Of a DNA stretch of 64,000 bases, positions 11,701-20,823 are shown one piece after another. The DNA comes from an uncultured virus (IMG/VR IMGVR_UViG_3300008262_000171) (taxonomy: Duplodnaviria > Heunggongvirae > Uroviricota > Caudoviricetes). Numbering within the stretch: position 1 is the stretch's first letter; every line of letters starts with the position of its first letter. The translations under genes were made by a program, and so were the position numbers. Location: IMG/VR virus record IMGVR_UViG_3300008262_000171; one strand, given 5' to 3'. The notes beneath the pieces are model-generated. The model was given only the letters and a program-made list of their open reading frames with translations. It was not told the DNA's origin and ran no database searches.

Positions 11701-14700
11701 CGATTGCAATAGCATCAGTTGATCTTGCTTATGTTAAGTCTGGTATTGTCACTAACTTAACGACCACTGGCATTGCAACTATTAATACTGCTTCGGTTGA
11801 CTTAGCATACGTTAAGTCTGGTATCGTAACCAATTTAACCACAACTGGTATTGGTACTATCAATACTGCTTCGGTTGACTTAGCATACGTTAAGTCTGGT
11901 ATCGTAACCAATTTAACCACAACTGGTATTGGTACTATCAATACTGCATCAGTTGATCTTGCTTATGTTAACACAGGTATCGTAACCAACCTTTCCACTA
12001 GTGGAATTGCTACTATTGCTACTGCATCAGTTGACTTAGCATACGTTAAGTCTGGTATTATAACCAACTTAACTGCAAGTGGTATTGCAACTATTAATAC
12101 TGCTTCAGTTGACTTAGCATACGTTAATTCTGGTATCGTAACTAATCTGACTACAACTGGTATTGGTACGATAACCACTCTTAATGCAACCACTGGTAAT
12201 ATTGTTACTGGGGTTATAACTGATTTAAGTGGTTCTACCGCAACTTATACGACTGGTAATATTGTAACTGGTATTGTAACCAATCTAATAACTTCGGGTA
12301 TTGGTACAATTGCTACTGCTTCAGTTGATCTTGGTTATGTTAAGACTGGTATTGTAACCAATCTGACTACAACTGGTATTGCTTCGATTGCAACTGGTGT
12401 TGTCACCAATCTAATAACTTCGGGTATTGGCACTATCAATACGGCATCAATTGACTTAGCATACATTAAGTCTGGTATTGTAACCAATCTGACTACAACT
12501 GGTATTGGTACAATTGCTACTGCTTCAGTTGATCTTGGTTATGTTAAGACTGGCATTATAACCAACTTAACTACATCTGGTATTGCTACGATTGCAACTC
12601 TCAATGCTACAACTGGTAATATTGTTACTGGTTTAGTTACCACTATTTCTGGTACAACAGCAACTTATACGACTGGAAATATTGATACTCTTAATGCCAC
12701 TACTGGTAATATTGTTACTGGATTAGTTACTACTATTTCTGGTACTACTTTAAATTATAGTGGTGTTGGTACTATCACAACTTTAAATAGTACTAATTTT
12801 ATTTCTGGCATTGCTACAGCAACCACAAGACTTTCTACTGGTGCTTCTGGAGTTGGTATTAATATTACTCAGAATACTATTAGTGGTCCTTCTGAAGTTA
12901 TTATTGATCCCGCTGGTGTTGGTGATAACACTGGATCAGTAAGAATTAAAGGTGACTTATATGTTGATGGCACTACAACACAAATCAATTCCACTTCTTT
13001 AGAAATTGCTGATTTTATTGTTGGTATTGCCTCAACTGCTACTACTGATTTATTAGCAGATGGTGCTGGTATTAAAATTGGACCAAATAATACCTTATTA
13101 TATGATCATGCCAATACAGCATTAAAGTCAAGTGAGAATTTTAATCTTGCTTCTGGTAAAGTTTATGAGATTGATGGTACTAATGTTCTTTCATCTACTA
13201 CTCTTGGAAGTGGTGTTGTTAATTCTTCACTGACTTCGGTTGGAACATTAGGACAACTGAATGTTTCTGGTGTTGCCACATTCCAGAGTGATGTAAAACT
13301 TGGTGATAATAATAATCTGTATTTTGGTGATGGAAATGATTTAAGAATTGTTCATGATGGATCAAATAGTTATATTACAGATCAAGGGACTGGAAATTTA
13401 GCTATTCTTGGTGATAATGAGGTATGGATTGGAAATACTGCTGCTTCAGAGTATAAAGCAAGATTTATTACTAACGGAGCAGTGGAACTTTATTATGATG
13501 CCTCCAAGAAGTTTGAAACCACAGGATATGGTGCTACTGTCTTTGGAACCTTACAGTCACCACAACTAAATGTAACTGGTATTGTTACAGCAACAGGCGG
13601 TATTCGTGTAGGTGCTGCTGGATCTATTGGTATTGGAACCACAAATCCAACTGCACCAATTACAATTTTCTCAACAGATATTCCACAATTAAAACTAAAT
13701 GTTAGTGCTGACGGCATTAGATCTGAGGACCTGAGAACAAATAATACCAATACTTTTAATATAATTAACAAATTAAATATCACTCCTTGGCCTTCAAATA
13801 CTTATTCATTGCTGGATCTAGGAGTTGTAGATTCAAATGACTCATATACTGGTGGAATAAGGATTCATGCAGATGGAAATGTCGGTGGATCGAATAGAAC
13901 TGCTATTGTTTTAGGTGCTTTTTATACTGGGCTTAGTGAGTTAAATGCTATAACTATTCGTGGAACAGGATTAGTCGGCATTGGATCTGCAGATCCAACA
14001 TCAAAACTTGATGTTGGTGGCAATGTTAAAATTGTTGGTATCGTAACCGCATCATCTTTTGTTAAGTCTGGTGGTACCTCATCTCAGTTCTTAAAGGCAG
14101 ATGGTTCAGTTGATTCTAGCACTTATCTGACTTCTTATACTGAGACTGACACACTCAATAGTGTTACAACTAGAGGTAATGTTACCAGTAATGGTATTTC
14201 AGTAGGTTTAGTAACTGTAACTCAACTTGTCATTGGTACAGGTGTAACTCTTACTTCTGGTGGTTTAAGAATAAACTCTGGTATCGTAACGGCATCTCAA
14301 TTCGTAAGATCTGGTGGTACCTCATCTCAGTTCTTAAAGGCAGATGGTTCAGTTGATTCTAGCACTTATCTGACTTCTTATACCGAAACTGATACTCTAG
14401 ATTCTGTAACCACAAGAGGAAGAACAACTTCTAACGGTATTTCGGTTGGAGTTCTAACTGCAACATCACTTATTAAGTCTGGTGGTACCTCATCTCAGTT
14501 CTTAAAGGCAGATGGTTCAGTTGACTCTTCAACATATTCAGGACAAATTGAAGTAAGAGAAGAAGGAACTCAAATTGGTACTGCCGCAACAACATTTAAT
14601 TTTGTTGGTGCTGGAGTTACTGCTACTTATAATGCAGGTATTACAACTATCACTATTTCTGGTGGTGGAGGAGGTAGTGGTGCTCCTGGTGGATCTGATA

Positions 14701-17243
14701 CTCAGGTTCAATTCAATGATGGTGGTTCAACTCTAGGTGGTGATTCTGGACTTACTTATAATAAGACAACTGATACCTTATCAGTTACTGGTGGTGTTAA
14801 TGTCGGTACTGGAGTTACGATTCTGCCTAGTGGAATCAGAATAAACACTGGTATTGTAACGGCACAATCATTTGTCGGTGATGGTTCTGGACTTACTGGA
14901 GTTGGTTTTGCCCTAACAGTCGGAACAAGAACTGCGGGAGTAAACAATAATGATGCAGTATCAAATGTTAAAGCAATTAGATTTGCTAAGACACCATTCA
15001 GCGTAACTGATCTTGGTAGTGGAGAGGTATTGATTCAGTCTGAATCAACCTTTAACCCATGGTATGTTAATGGGCAAGGAACACTAAAGGCAACTGGTGA
15101 AGAGCCAATTGAATTTATTGCTGGACCTGGCATTGCAATTACGACAAAAGAAGTTGCATCTGCTGGTATTGGAACCACCTTCTCTAAGGCAATTACATTT
15201 AATTCGGTGCCTTCTGGTTCTGATACTCAAATTCAATTTAATGATGGTGGATCAACCTTCGGTGGTGACTCTGGACTTACTTATAATAAGACAACTGATA
15301 TTTTAAGTGTCACTGGTGGGGTTAATGTTGGTACTGGAGTTACTATTCTCCCTAGTGGTTTAAGAACGAATACTGGTATCGTAACGGCATCATCTTTCGT
15401 TAAGTCTGGTGGTACTTCATCACAGTTCTTAAAGGCAGATGGTTCTGTTGACTCTAGTGCCTATATAACTTCTTATGCCGAAACTGATACTTTAGATAGT
15501 GTAACGACTAGAGGAAGAACCACTACTAATGGTATTTCTGTTGGTCTTTTAACGGCAACATCAATTGTTAAGTCTGGTGGTACCTCATCTCAGTTCTTAA
15601 AGGCAGATGGTTCTGTTGACTCTAGTACCTATCTGACTACGACTGGTAATGGAATAAACCTAACAGGTATTGTTACTAGTATTGTTGCTGGAACTAATGT
15701 AACCATTTCTGGTTCTACTGGTCAAGTTACAATTAATGCTGGAGGTGGTGGTTCAAATATTGCTGTTCAGGATGAAGGTAGTCAAGTTGGCACCGCAGCA
15801 ACAGTTCTTAATTTTGTTGGTGCTGGAGTTACTGCAACCTACAATGCTGGGATTACAACTATTACTATTTCTGGTGGAGGTGGTGGAGGATCCACTAACC
15901 CTGGTGGTTCTGATACTCAGGTTCAGTTTAACGATGGTGGATCAACTTTTGGTGGCGATAGTGGATTAACTTATAATAAGACCACTGATACTTTAAGTGT
16001 CACTGGTGGAGTTAATGTTGGTACTGGAGTTACAATTTTACCTAGTGGAATCAGAATAAACACTGGTATTGTAACGGCATCTCAATTCGTAAGATCTGGT
16101 GGTACCTCATCACAGTTCTTAAAGGCAGATGGTTCAGTTGATTCTAGCACTTATCTGACTTCTTATACCGAAACTGATACTTTAGATAGTGTAACGACTA
16201 GAGGAAGAACCACTACTAATGGTATTTCTGTTGGAATTATAACAGCAGCAAATCAGATAAAAATTCAAAGTTCTGATTCAAATCCAGGAAGAATTGATCT
16301 ATTCTGTGAAATTGGAAATGCTCATTATACCAGACTTCAAGCTGCACCTCATAATCAATATGGTGGCAATGCCGTTGTTGTTCTTCCTGCAATAAATGGA
16401 GACATGGTTATTGGCAATACTTCTGTTGCTATCGATGAAAATATTAATACGACAGGAATTATTACAGCAAATTCTTTTGTCAAACCTGGATCCACATCAT
16501 CAGAATTCTTGAAGGGAGATGGTTCTACTGATGCTAACACTTATCTAACTACAACTGGTAATGGAGTAAATCTAACAGGTATTGTTACCAGTATTGTTGC
16601 TGGTACTAATGTCACCATCTCTGGTTCTACTGGTAAAGTAACTATTAATGCTAGTGGAGGTGGTGGTTCTTCTCTTACGGTTCAAGAAGAAGGATCTAAT
16701 GTAGGCACTGCTGCGACAACACTTAACTTTGTCGGTTCTGGTGTCACTGCCACTTATTCTGGTGGAACTGCTACGATTACTATTTCTGGTGGTGGAGGCG
16801 GGGGTGGAGGAACACCTGGTGGTTCTGATACTCAAATTCAATTTAACGATGGTGGATCCACCTTCGGTGGTGATAGTGGATTAACTTATAATAAGACAAC
16901 TGATACCTTGACTGTTGCTGGTGGCATTATTGTAACTGGTGTCGTAACTGCAACAGACTTTAACTCAAGTTCTGATGCTGCATTAAAGAATAATGTACGC
17001 ACGATTGAAGATCCACTTGCAAAAGTGATGTCAATTCGTGGTGTTAATTTTGAATGGAAAGAAAATGGTCAGTCTTCTGCTGGTGTACTTGCACAAGAGA
17101 TTGAAAAAATTATGCCAGAACTAGTTAGAAATTCAACAGATAATATCAAGTCTGTTAACTATAATGGTTTGATTGGTCTTCTCATTGAGGTTGTCAAAGA
17201 ACAGCAAAATCAAATAAATGAATTGAAGTCAAAACTATCATAA
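8712..17243 (+). CDS. Giant tail fibre protein (2843 aa): beta-helix-like N-region, LamG-like lectin domain, repeats, C-terminal S74 chaperone
   Basis: YYVATNGSDGNTG...PYATLKHAL; LamG FTAETWIYP...WTHIALVRSG...YIDEVRIS; C-terminal SSDAALKNNV...GVLAQEIEKIMPELV...VNYNGLIGLLIEVVKE. Confidence 0.9.
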   Translation: MAEQNFRVKRGLEVGVGGTVLIATPLGNVGVGITNPLGTFQVGAAITMYGASGIISATRFDGSINAPGKTYYVATNGSDGNTGNNLNEPYATLKHALSVATSGDTIFVQSGTFTEIFPLTVPVGVTIRGVGLRGTFIQPTEGTKQNDGFLLNGETTVEDLSIGNFYEPGYGFRFANNSKTTTRSPYIQRVTVLNRGSVTSSTDPYGFDTPHSPPSTYKAGRGALIDGSVVTTDTLEPAMLFNECTFITPNNTALEMTNGARTEWVNCFSYLADKGIHAYDGTVGVASTGYVRIKTSGIITGGSGYPTTNDELYYLEANYRSGTYSQVGTALTITRVGHGLTVGDRVFADFTSGTATDGFYRVTGYVGVNTFSVTMAGSATTSGNISYKEALGFGTVRSYTSATGLSSITGKGEGLFELPTSRLGKTVTAYGDAQLSTLQKKIGTASLYLDGTGDYARCEGGSDFAFSGNFTAETWIYPTSVTGSRYLFSLGTETTGRYHLSLESGVVTGNFFGSASTTFGGSISINTWTHIALVRSGSTITAYVNGTALGTTETNSSSIGNTGQLTIGADSSSSNVFVGYIDEVRISNTARYTGTFTPSTTQFNSDGSDKLLLHLDGASASTSFIDSSIPAQDIRWVRSGVGIATATKITLADYQQFGAEMRSIGSAVVFGNTGISADGPGVGLRLFAFNFGHIGSGKDFSQDISLVNQADEVVTSNNANVYFVSIDQSGDFRVGEAFYVNQEAGTVNFGGQNFTLNSLSDLNVTDGTNTNTLTPTYLTVGNIQISGNEITSTSGDININPSGNSETNIDGNLNVSGILTASVLQTSALQIGDSSIAIDDTGSNGTIRFNTDNIEAFRINNSQNIGIGTTNPTARLDVFGDSRFTGIITALKFDGQLNSGIATISTGIVTNLITSGIGTINTASVDLAYVKSGIVTNLTTTGIGTINTASVDLGYVKTGIVTNLTTTGIATIAIASVDLAYVKTGIVTNLTTTGIATIAIASVDLAYVKSGIVTNLTTTGIATINTASVDLAYVKSGIVTNLTTTGIGTINTASVDLAYVKSGIVTNLTTTGIGTINTASVDLAYVNTGIVTNLSTSGIATIATASVDLAYVKSGIITNLTASGIATINTASVDLAYVNSGIVTNLTTTGIGTITTLNATTGNIVTGVITDLSGSTATYTTGNIVTGIVTNLITSGIGTIATASVDLGYVKTGIVTNLTTTGIASIATGVVTNLITSGIGTINTASIDLAYIKSGIVTNLTTTGIGTIATASVDLGYVKTGIITNLTTSGIATIATLNATTGNIVTGLVTTISGTTATYTTGNIDTLNATTGNIVTGLVTTISGTTLNYSGVGTITTLNSTNFISGIATATTRLSTGASGVGINITQNTISGPSEVIIDPAGVGDNTGSVRIKGDLYVDGTTTQINSTSLEIADFIVGIASTATTDLLADGAGIKIGPNNTLLYDHANTALKSSENFNLASGKVYEIDGTNVLSSTTLGSGVVNSSLTSVGTLGQLNVSGVATFQSDVKLGDNNNLYFGDGNDLRIVHDGSNSYITDQGTGNLAILGDNEVWIGNTAASEYKARFITNGAVELYYDASKKFETTGYGATVFGTLQSPQLNVTGIVTATGGIRVGAAGSIGIGTTNPTAPITIFSTDIPQLKLNVSADGIRSEDLRTNNTNTFNIINKLNITPWPSNTYSLLDLGVVDSNDSYTGGIRIHADGNVGGSNRTAIVLGAFYTGLSELNAITIRGTGLVGIGSADPTSKLDVGGNVKIVGIVTASSFVKSGGTSSQFLKADGSVDSSTYLTSYTETDTLNSVTTRGNVTSNGISVGLVTVTQLVIGTGVTLTSGGLRINSGIVTASQFVRSGGTSSQFLKADGSVDSSTYLTSYTETDTLDSVTTRGRTTSNGISVGVLTATSLIKSGGTSSQFLKADGSVDSSTYSGQIEVREEGTQIGTAATTFNFVGAGVTATYNAGITTITISGGGGGSGAPGGSDTQVQFNDGGSTLGGDSGLTYNKTTDTLSVTGGVNVGTGVTILPSGIRINTGIVTAQSFVGDGSGLTGVGFALTVGTRTAGVNNNDAVSNVKAIRFAKTPFSVTDLGSGEVLIQSESTFNPWYVNGQGTLKATGEEPIEFIAGPGIAITTKEVASAGIGTTFSKAITFNSVPSGSDTQIQFNDGGSTFGGDSGLTYNKTTDILSVTGGVNVGTGVTILPSGLRTNTGIVTASSFVKSGGTSSQFLKADGSVDSSAYITSYAETDTLDSVTTRGRTTTNGISVGLLTATSIVKSGGTSSQFLKADGSVDSSTYLTTTGNGINLTGIVTSIVAGTNVTISGSTGQVTINAGGGGSNIAVQDEGSQVGTAATVLNFVGAGVTATYNAGITTITISGGGGGGSTNPGGSDTQVQFNDGGSTFGGDSGLTYNKTTDTLSVTGGVNVGTGVTILPSGIRINTGIVTASQFVRSGGTSSQFLKADGSVDSSTYLTSYTETDTLDSVTTRGRTTTNGISVGIITAANQIKIQSSDSNPGRIDLFCEIGNAHYTRLQAAPHNQYGGNAVVVLPAINGDMVIGNTSVAIDENINTTGIITANSFVKPGSTSSEFLKGDGSTDANTYLTTTGNGVNLTGIVTSIVAGTNVTISGSTGKVTINASGGGGSSLTVQEEGSNVGTAATTLNFVGSGVTATYSGGTATITISGGGGGGGGTPGGSDTQIQFNDGGSTFGGDSGLTYNKTTDTLTVAGGIIVTGVVTATDFNSSSDAALKNNVRTIEDPLAKVMSIRGVNFEWKENGQSSAGVLAQEIEKIMPELVRNSTDNIKSVNYNGLIGLLIEVVKEQQNQINELKSKLS

Positions 17244-17287
17244 ATAATAATAACATACCCAGTGGAAACACGACGACGGTAACGTAA

Positions 17288-19099
17288 ATGGCAATTAAGA
17301 TATCAGGATCAACTATTATTGATGATAGTAGAAATATTATCAATGCAAGTACTCTTACTGTTGGATCTGGTGCCACTATTTCATCTAGTGGAATTCGTAT
17401 TAATACTGGAATTATAACCGCACAATCATTTGTTGGGGATGGTTCTGGTCTTACTGGAGTTACTGCAACAGGATCTGGCGTTGTTGTTCAAGAAGAAGGT
17501 GCTAATGTAGGAACAGCAACAACTATTAATTTTGTTGGTGCAGGTGCCACTGCAGTATTCTCTAATGGTGTTGCCACTATTACGATCTCTGGTGGTGAAG
17601 GTGGTGGTGGTGGTGGTTCTAGTGTGGGTACAGGAATTACACTTGGGACACCCACTGACACTTCTTTTGCCGATGGTCTATTATCTTTTACTCCAACCAC
17701 TACAGTTACTGATGCTATTGATGAAGTTAATGAGATTTTAAATAAACTTGCACCATCAAAACCAGCTAATTTATCAACTTTAACTCTTTCTCTTGCATCA
17801 TCTTATTCTGCAACACAAACAAGCACCGGAACAGTAAGAACTATTGTTACTAACAGTGCATCTCCTGCGACAAATACTACTTCTAATTTTTATGATGCTG
17901 ATTCTGGAACTCTAACAGCATTTATTGATAATGTTGGTGTAGGAACAACTGCATTGACAACTGCAACTAATACCGGAACTTTCGGTTCTTTAAATGTTGT
18001 TTCAGAATCAGATCCTTATTCTGGTCAAGCTGGAAAAGAAGGATTCTGGAAACAAATGACCGCAAGAATAGTTCCAGCTTCTTCATTGTCTGTTGGTATT
18101 CATACATATAACCTTACGCATAGTGGAACTGGAAGCACCCCAAATTTGACATTTTATGTGGATGATCCAGTAGCCACAACTGTTACTGGAATTAGTACAA
18201 CTTATCCAAATACGACCTCACACTATATTAGTGGTGTTCCAACAGTGAGTTTTGGATCAACATTTTCTGTCAATTTTACTGTTAACAATGCAATAAAAAG
18301 TTTTTATAATACCACCAGAATCGCAGAAGTTAGTGCATCCACAATTTTAAGTACAAGTGCAACAAGAGTTCTCACTGGAACTCAAACCCCCAGTGCAGCA
18401 GTAACTGTTTCAGATTTGCCACTTACTGTTGGAAGTAACAAGTATTCAGAAACAAATACTATAACAATAACGAGTTATAACTCACAAGGATCCTCAGGAA
18501 CAGCGACACATTCACTTAGAGTAAGAGTTGATACATTATCTGCCACTAACGAAAATAGTAGAAAACCCTCTGGAACAGGTCAGTATCCAACAACTGGATA
18601 TACTTCTACTTATGATTCTAATGCTGATTTAAAAACAACATATACTAATGAACTTCAGTTTCTAAATGGAAAATTCCAATGGCCTAGTGGTACTTATACC
18701 AATAATCTTCCAGTAGTGGGACCAGACTATGCTACTGGTATGGGCGCTGGTGATCGGTGGGTAACGTTTAATCCACAATCTGTTACCGCATGTAGTAGTT
18801 TTGATTTAACTTTTACTGGTTCTTCTAACTTTGGTAGTAGTGCACTTATGAGTGGTATTAAAATCTATGCAAAAATTGAAGGAGTTACTGGGTGGATTGA
18901 CGGTAATGCAGCATTCTCACCTGGAACAAGTCCATCTGCAGATGGAGCAGCTGCACTGGTAGTTGGTAATAGCACTGCCACTGTGAAAAGAATTACTTTC
19001 GGTGCAACTACTAGAACTGGTCAACTATACATACGTATAGGTCTTCCAGCTTCAAGTAATAAAACTTTTAATAATATAACAATTAGTAACGTATCTTAA
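17288..19099 (+). CDS. Virion structural/fibre-associated protein
   Basis: 603 aa, Ser/Thr-rich; shares VQEEG..VGTATTINFVGAG and FVGDGSGLTG modules with neighbours. Confidence 0.75.
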   Translation: MAIKISGSTIIDDSRNIINASTLTVGSGATISSSGIRINTGIITAQSFVGDGSGLTGVTATGSGVVVQEEGANVGTATTINFVGAGATAVFSNGVATITISGGEGGGGGGSSVGTGITLGTPTDTSFADGLLSFTPTTTVTDAIDEVNEILNKLAPSKPANLSTLTLSLASSYSATQTSTGTVRTIVTNSASPATNTTSNFYDADSGTLTAFIDNVGVGTTALTTATNTGTFGSLNVVSESDPYSGQAGKEGFWKQMTARIVPASSLSVGIHTYNLTHSGTGSTPNLTFYVDDPVATTVTGISTTYPNTTSHYISGVPTVSFGSTFSVNFTVNNAIKSFYNTTRIAEVSASTILSTSATRVLTGTQTPSAAVTVSDLPLTVGSNKYSETNTITITSYNSQGSSGTATHSLRVRVDTLSATNENSRKPSGTGQYPTTGYTSTYDSNADLKTTYTNELQFLNGKFQWPSGTYTNNLPVVGPDYATGMGAGDRWVTFNPQSVTACSSFDLTFTGSSNFGSSALMSGIKIYAKIEGVTGWIDGNAAFSPGTSPSADGAAALVVGNSTATVKRITFGATTRTGQLYIRIGLPASSNKTFNNITISNVS

Positions 19100-19113
19100 T
19101 ACTGAGTAAATAA

Positions 19114-20493
19114 ATGGCATTAACAGACGCACAAAAAACTAGTTTTGTATATAAAAAGGCAGTTGCACAGGTAGCAGAAACTGCTTTACCTAGAGATTTC
19201 TTTAATGAAAGTATTAGTGCGAGAGATATTGTTTTACCTTCTCAAGTGTGGCAACAAGCAGATCAAATTCCAGCAACTGCTCCTGCCTTGGCTAATGGTG
19301 CTACAAGCGGGGTCATTAGATTTTTTGAAAAAAGAACTATGACCGCGGTATCTGGTGCCGCTAGTGCATACTACTTATCCGATTTAGTAGATTGTATTCC
19401 TTATGGATTTGATGCTACTTATAATCCAAAGTTATATCAAAGTAATGGAACTACAGAAATTCCTTTTGGAACAAATGATTGGATTTTAAATTATTCTGGA
19501 GGAACAGTATTTTTCTATGCTGGTAACCCAGCTAATGTTAGTGCAGCACAATTACCAAGAGTTTCTTTTTATAAGTATGTTGGTACAAAGGGTGTTGGTT
19601 CTGGCAGTGGAGTTGGAATTGGGTCTAGTGGCAGCATTAATACCACTGGAATTATAACTGCACAATCATTTGTTGGGGATGGTTCTGGTCTTACTGGAAT
19701 TACAGCTGTTGGATCTGGTGTTGTTGTTCAAGAAGAAGGATCTACTGTAGGGACCGCGGCAACAATTAACTTTGTCGGTGCAGGGGCGACGGCAACATTC
19801 TCTAATGGTGTTGCCACTATTGCAATTTCTGGGGCATCTGCTGGTTTAGCATTAACTGTCAGCACACGAATTGCTGGAATTAACTCCAGTGATGCAGTTT
19901 CTAATGTAAAGGCAATTAGATTCGCTAAAGCACCTTTTAGTGTAACTGATCTTGGTAATGGTGAAATTTTAATCAATTCAGAATCATCATTTAACCCTAT
20001 ACAAATTAATGGCAATACTGGAGTAACCGCAACTGGTGAAGAACCATTAAACCTTATTGCGGGTACAGGAGTTACAATTACTGCAAATAATTCCTCTACT
20101 CCAAAATCAATCACAATTTCTGCCACTGGTGGTGGAGGTTCTTCTGGAGTTAGTATTAGGGATGATACCGCACCACTTGGAATTGCAACTATTATTGATT
20201 TTGGTGCCAACTTAAGTGTATCTGCTCCGTCTTCTGGTATTGTTACTGTAACTGGATCTGCTGGAGGTGGTGGTAGTGGAATTGGTACACAGTGGATTAC
20301 AACTGCCACAGGTGTTACGACAACATCAAATGTTGGTATTGGAACGACAAATGCATTATTTAAAATTGATGTAAATGGAGATGTAAGAGTTCGATCACAA
20401 AACAAAATGAGATTTGGTGGAACTGCAGGCACCACGAACTTCTACATACAGTATAACTCAACTGCAAATAGTTTGGACTTTGTAGCAGGATAA
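19114..20493 (+). CDS. Virion structural/fibre-associated protein
   Basis: 459 aa; shares DAVSNVKAIRFAK.PFSVTDLG module with the 2843-aa gene. Confidence 0.75.
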   Translation: MALTDAQKTSFVYKKAVAQVAETALPRDFFNESISARDIVLPSQVWQQADQIPATAPALANGATSGVIRFFEKRTMTAVSGAASAYYLSDLVDCIPYGFDATYNPKLYQSNGTTEIPFGTNDWILNYSGGTVFFYAGNPANVSAAQLPRVSFYKYVGTKGVGSGSGVGIGSSGSINTTGIITAQSFVGDGSGLTGITAVGSGVVVQEEGSTVGTAATINFVGAGATATFSNGVATIAISGASAGLALTVSTRIAGINSSDAVSNVKAIRFAKAPFSVTDLGNGEILINSESSFNPIQINGNTGVTATGEEPLNLIAGTGVTITANNSSTPKSITISATGGGGSSGVSIRDDTAPLGIATIIDFGANLSVSAPSSGIVTVTGSAGGGGSGIGTQWITTATGVTTTSNVGIGTTNALFKIDVNGDVRVRSQNKMRFGGTAGTTNFYIQYNSTANSLDFVAG

Positions 20494-20497
20494 GATT

Positions 20498-20788
20498 ATG
20501 CCAGTCGTAGGAAGATTAGATCAATACGGTTCAATGCTTGCTGGGGAGTTTGATGAGACCACAGCAAATAATCCAAGTATAACTGGTCTTGGAACTTTTT
20601 ATGCCTCAGAATTTGCCGAAAATGTTGGTGTTACAACAATTACTGCAAATGTCTTTGCTCCTTATGATATTGTATATGATGACTTTGCTGGGGTCTTGTA
20701 TGGTCCAGGGCAAGGAACATTTATGAGGCAAAATACTGATATGTCTGTGATTGTTTATAATGAGATTGATGAAATTACTACTATTTAA
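20498..20788 (+). CDS. Small hypothetical (likely virion) protein
   Basis: 96 aa ORF in operon, acidic, ends in YNEIDE. Confidence 0.65.
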   Translation: MPVVGRLDQYGSMLAGEFDETTANNPSITGLGTFYASEFAENVGVTTITANVFAPYDIVYDDFAGVLYGPGQGTFMRQNTDMSVIVYNEIDEITTI

Positions 20789-20823
20789 CTAACACATAAA
20801 TATAAAAAAGGTACTCATTAATC

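Noticed and set aside
5380..12780. Thr-rich repeats as ice-binding or ice-nucleation protein
   Set aside because: No INP-type AGYGST octapeptide; the context and chaperone domains indicate fibre shafts
5380..16900. Dense direct repeats as a possible CRISPR array
   Set aside because: Units are in-frame, vary mostly at synonymous positions and have no unique spacers; no cas genes are present
4746..20435. Many minus-strand Val/Pro-rich ORFs in the ORF track
   Set aside because: They are antisense shadows of Thr/Gly codon repeats on the coding strand
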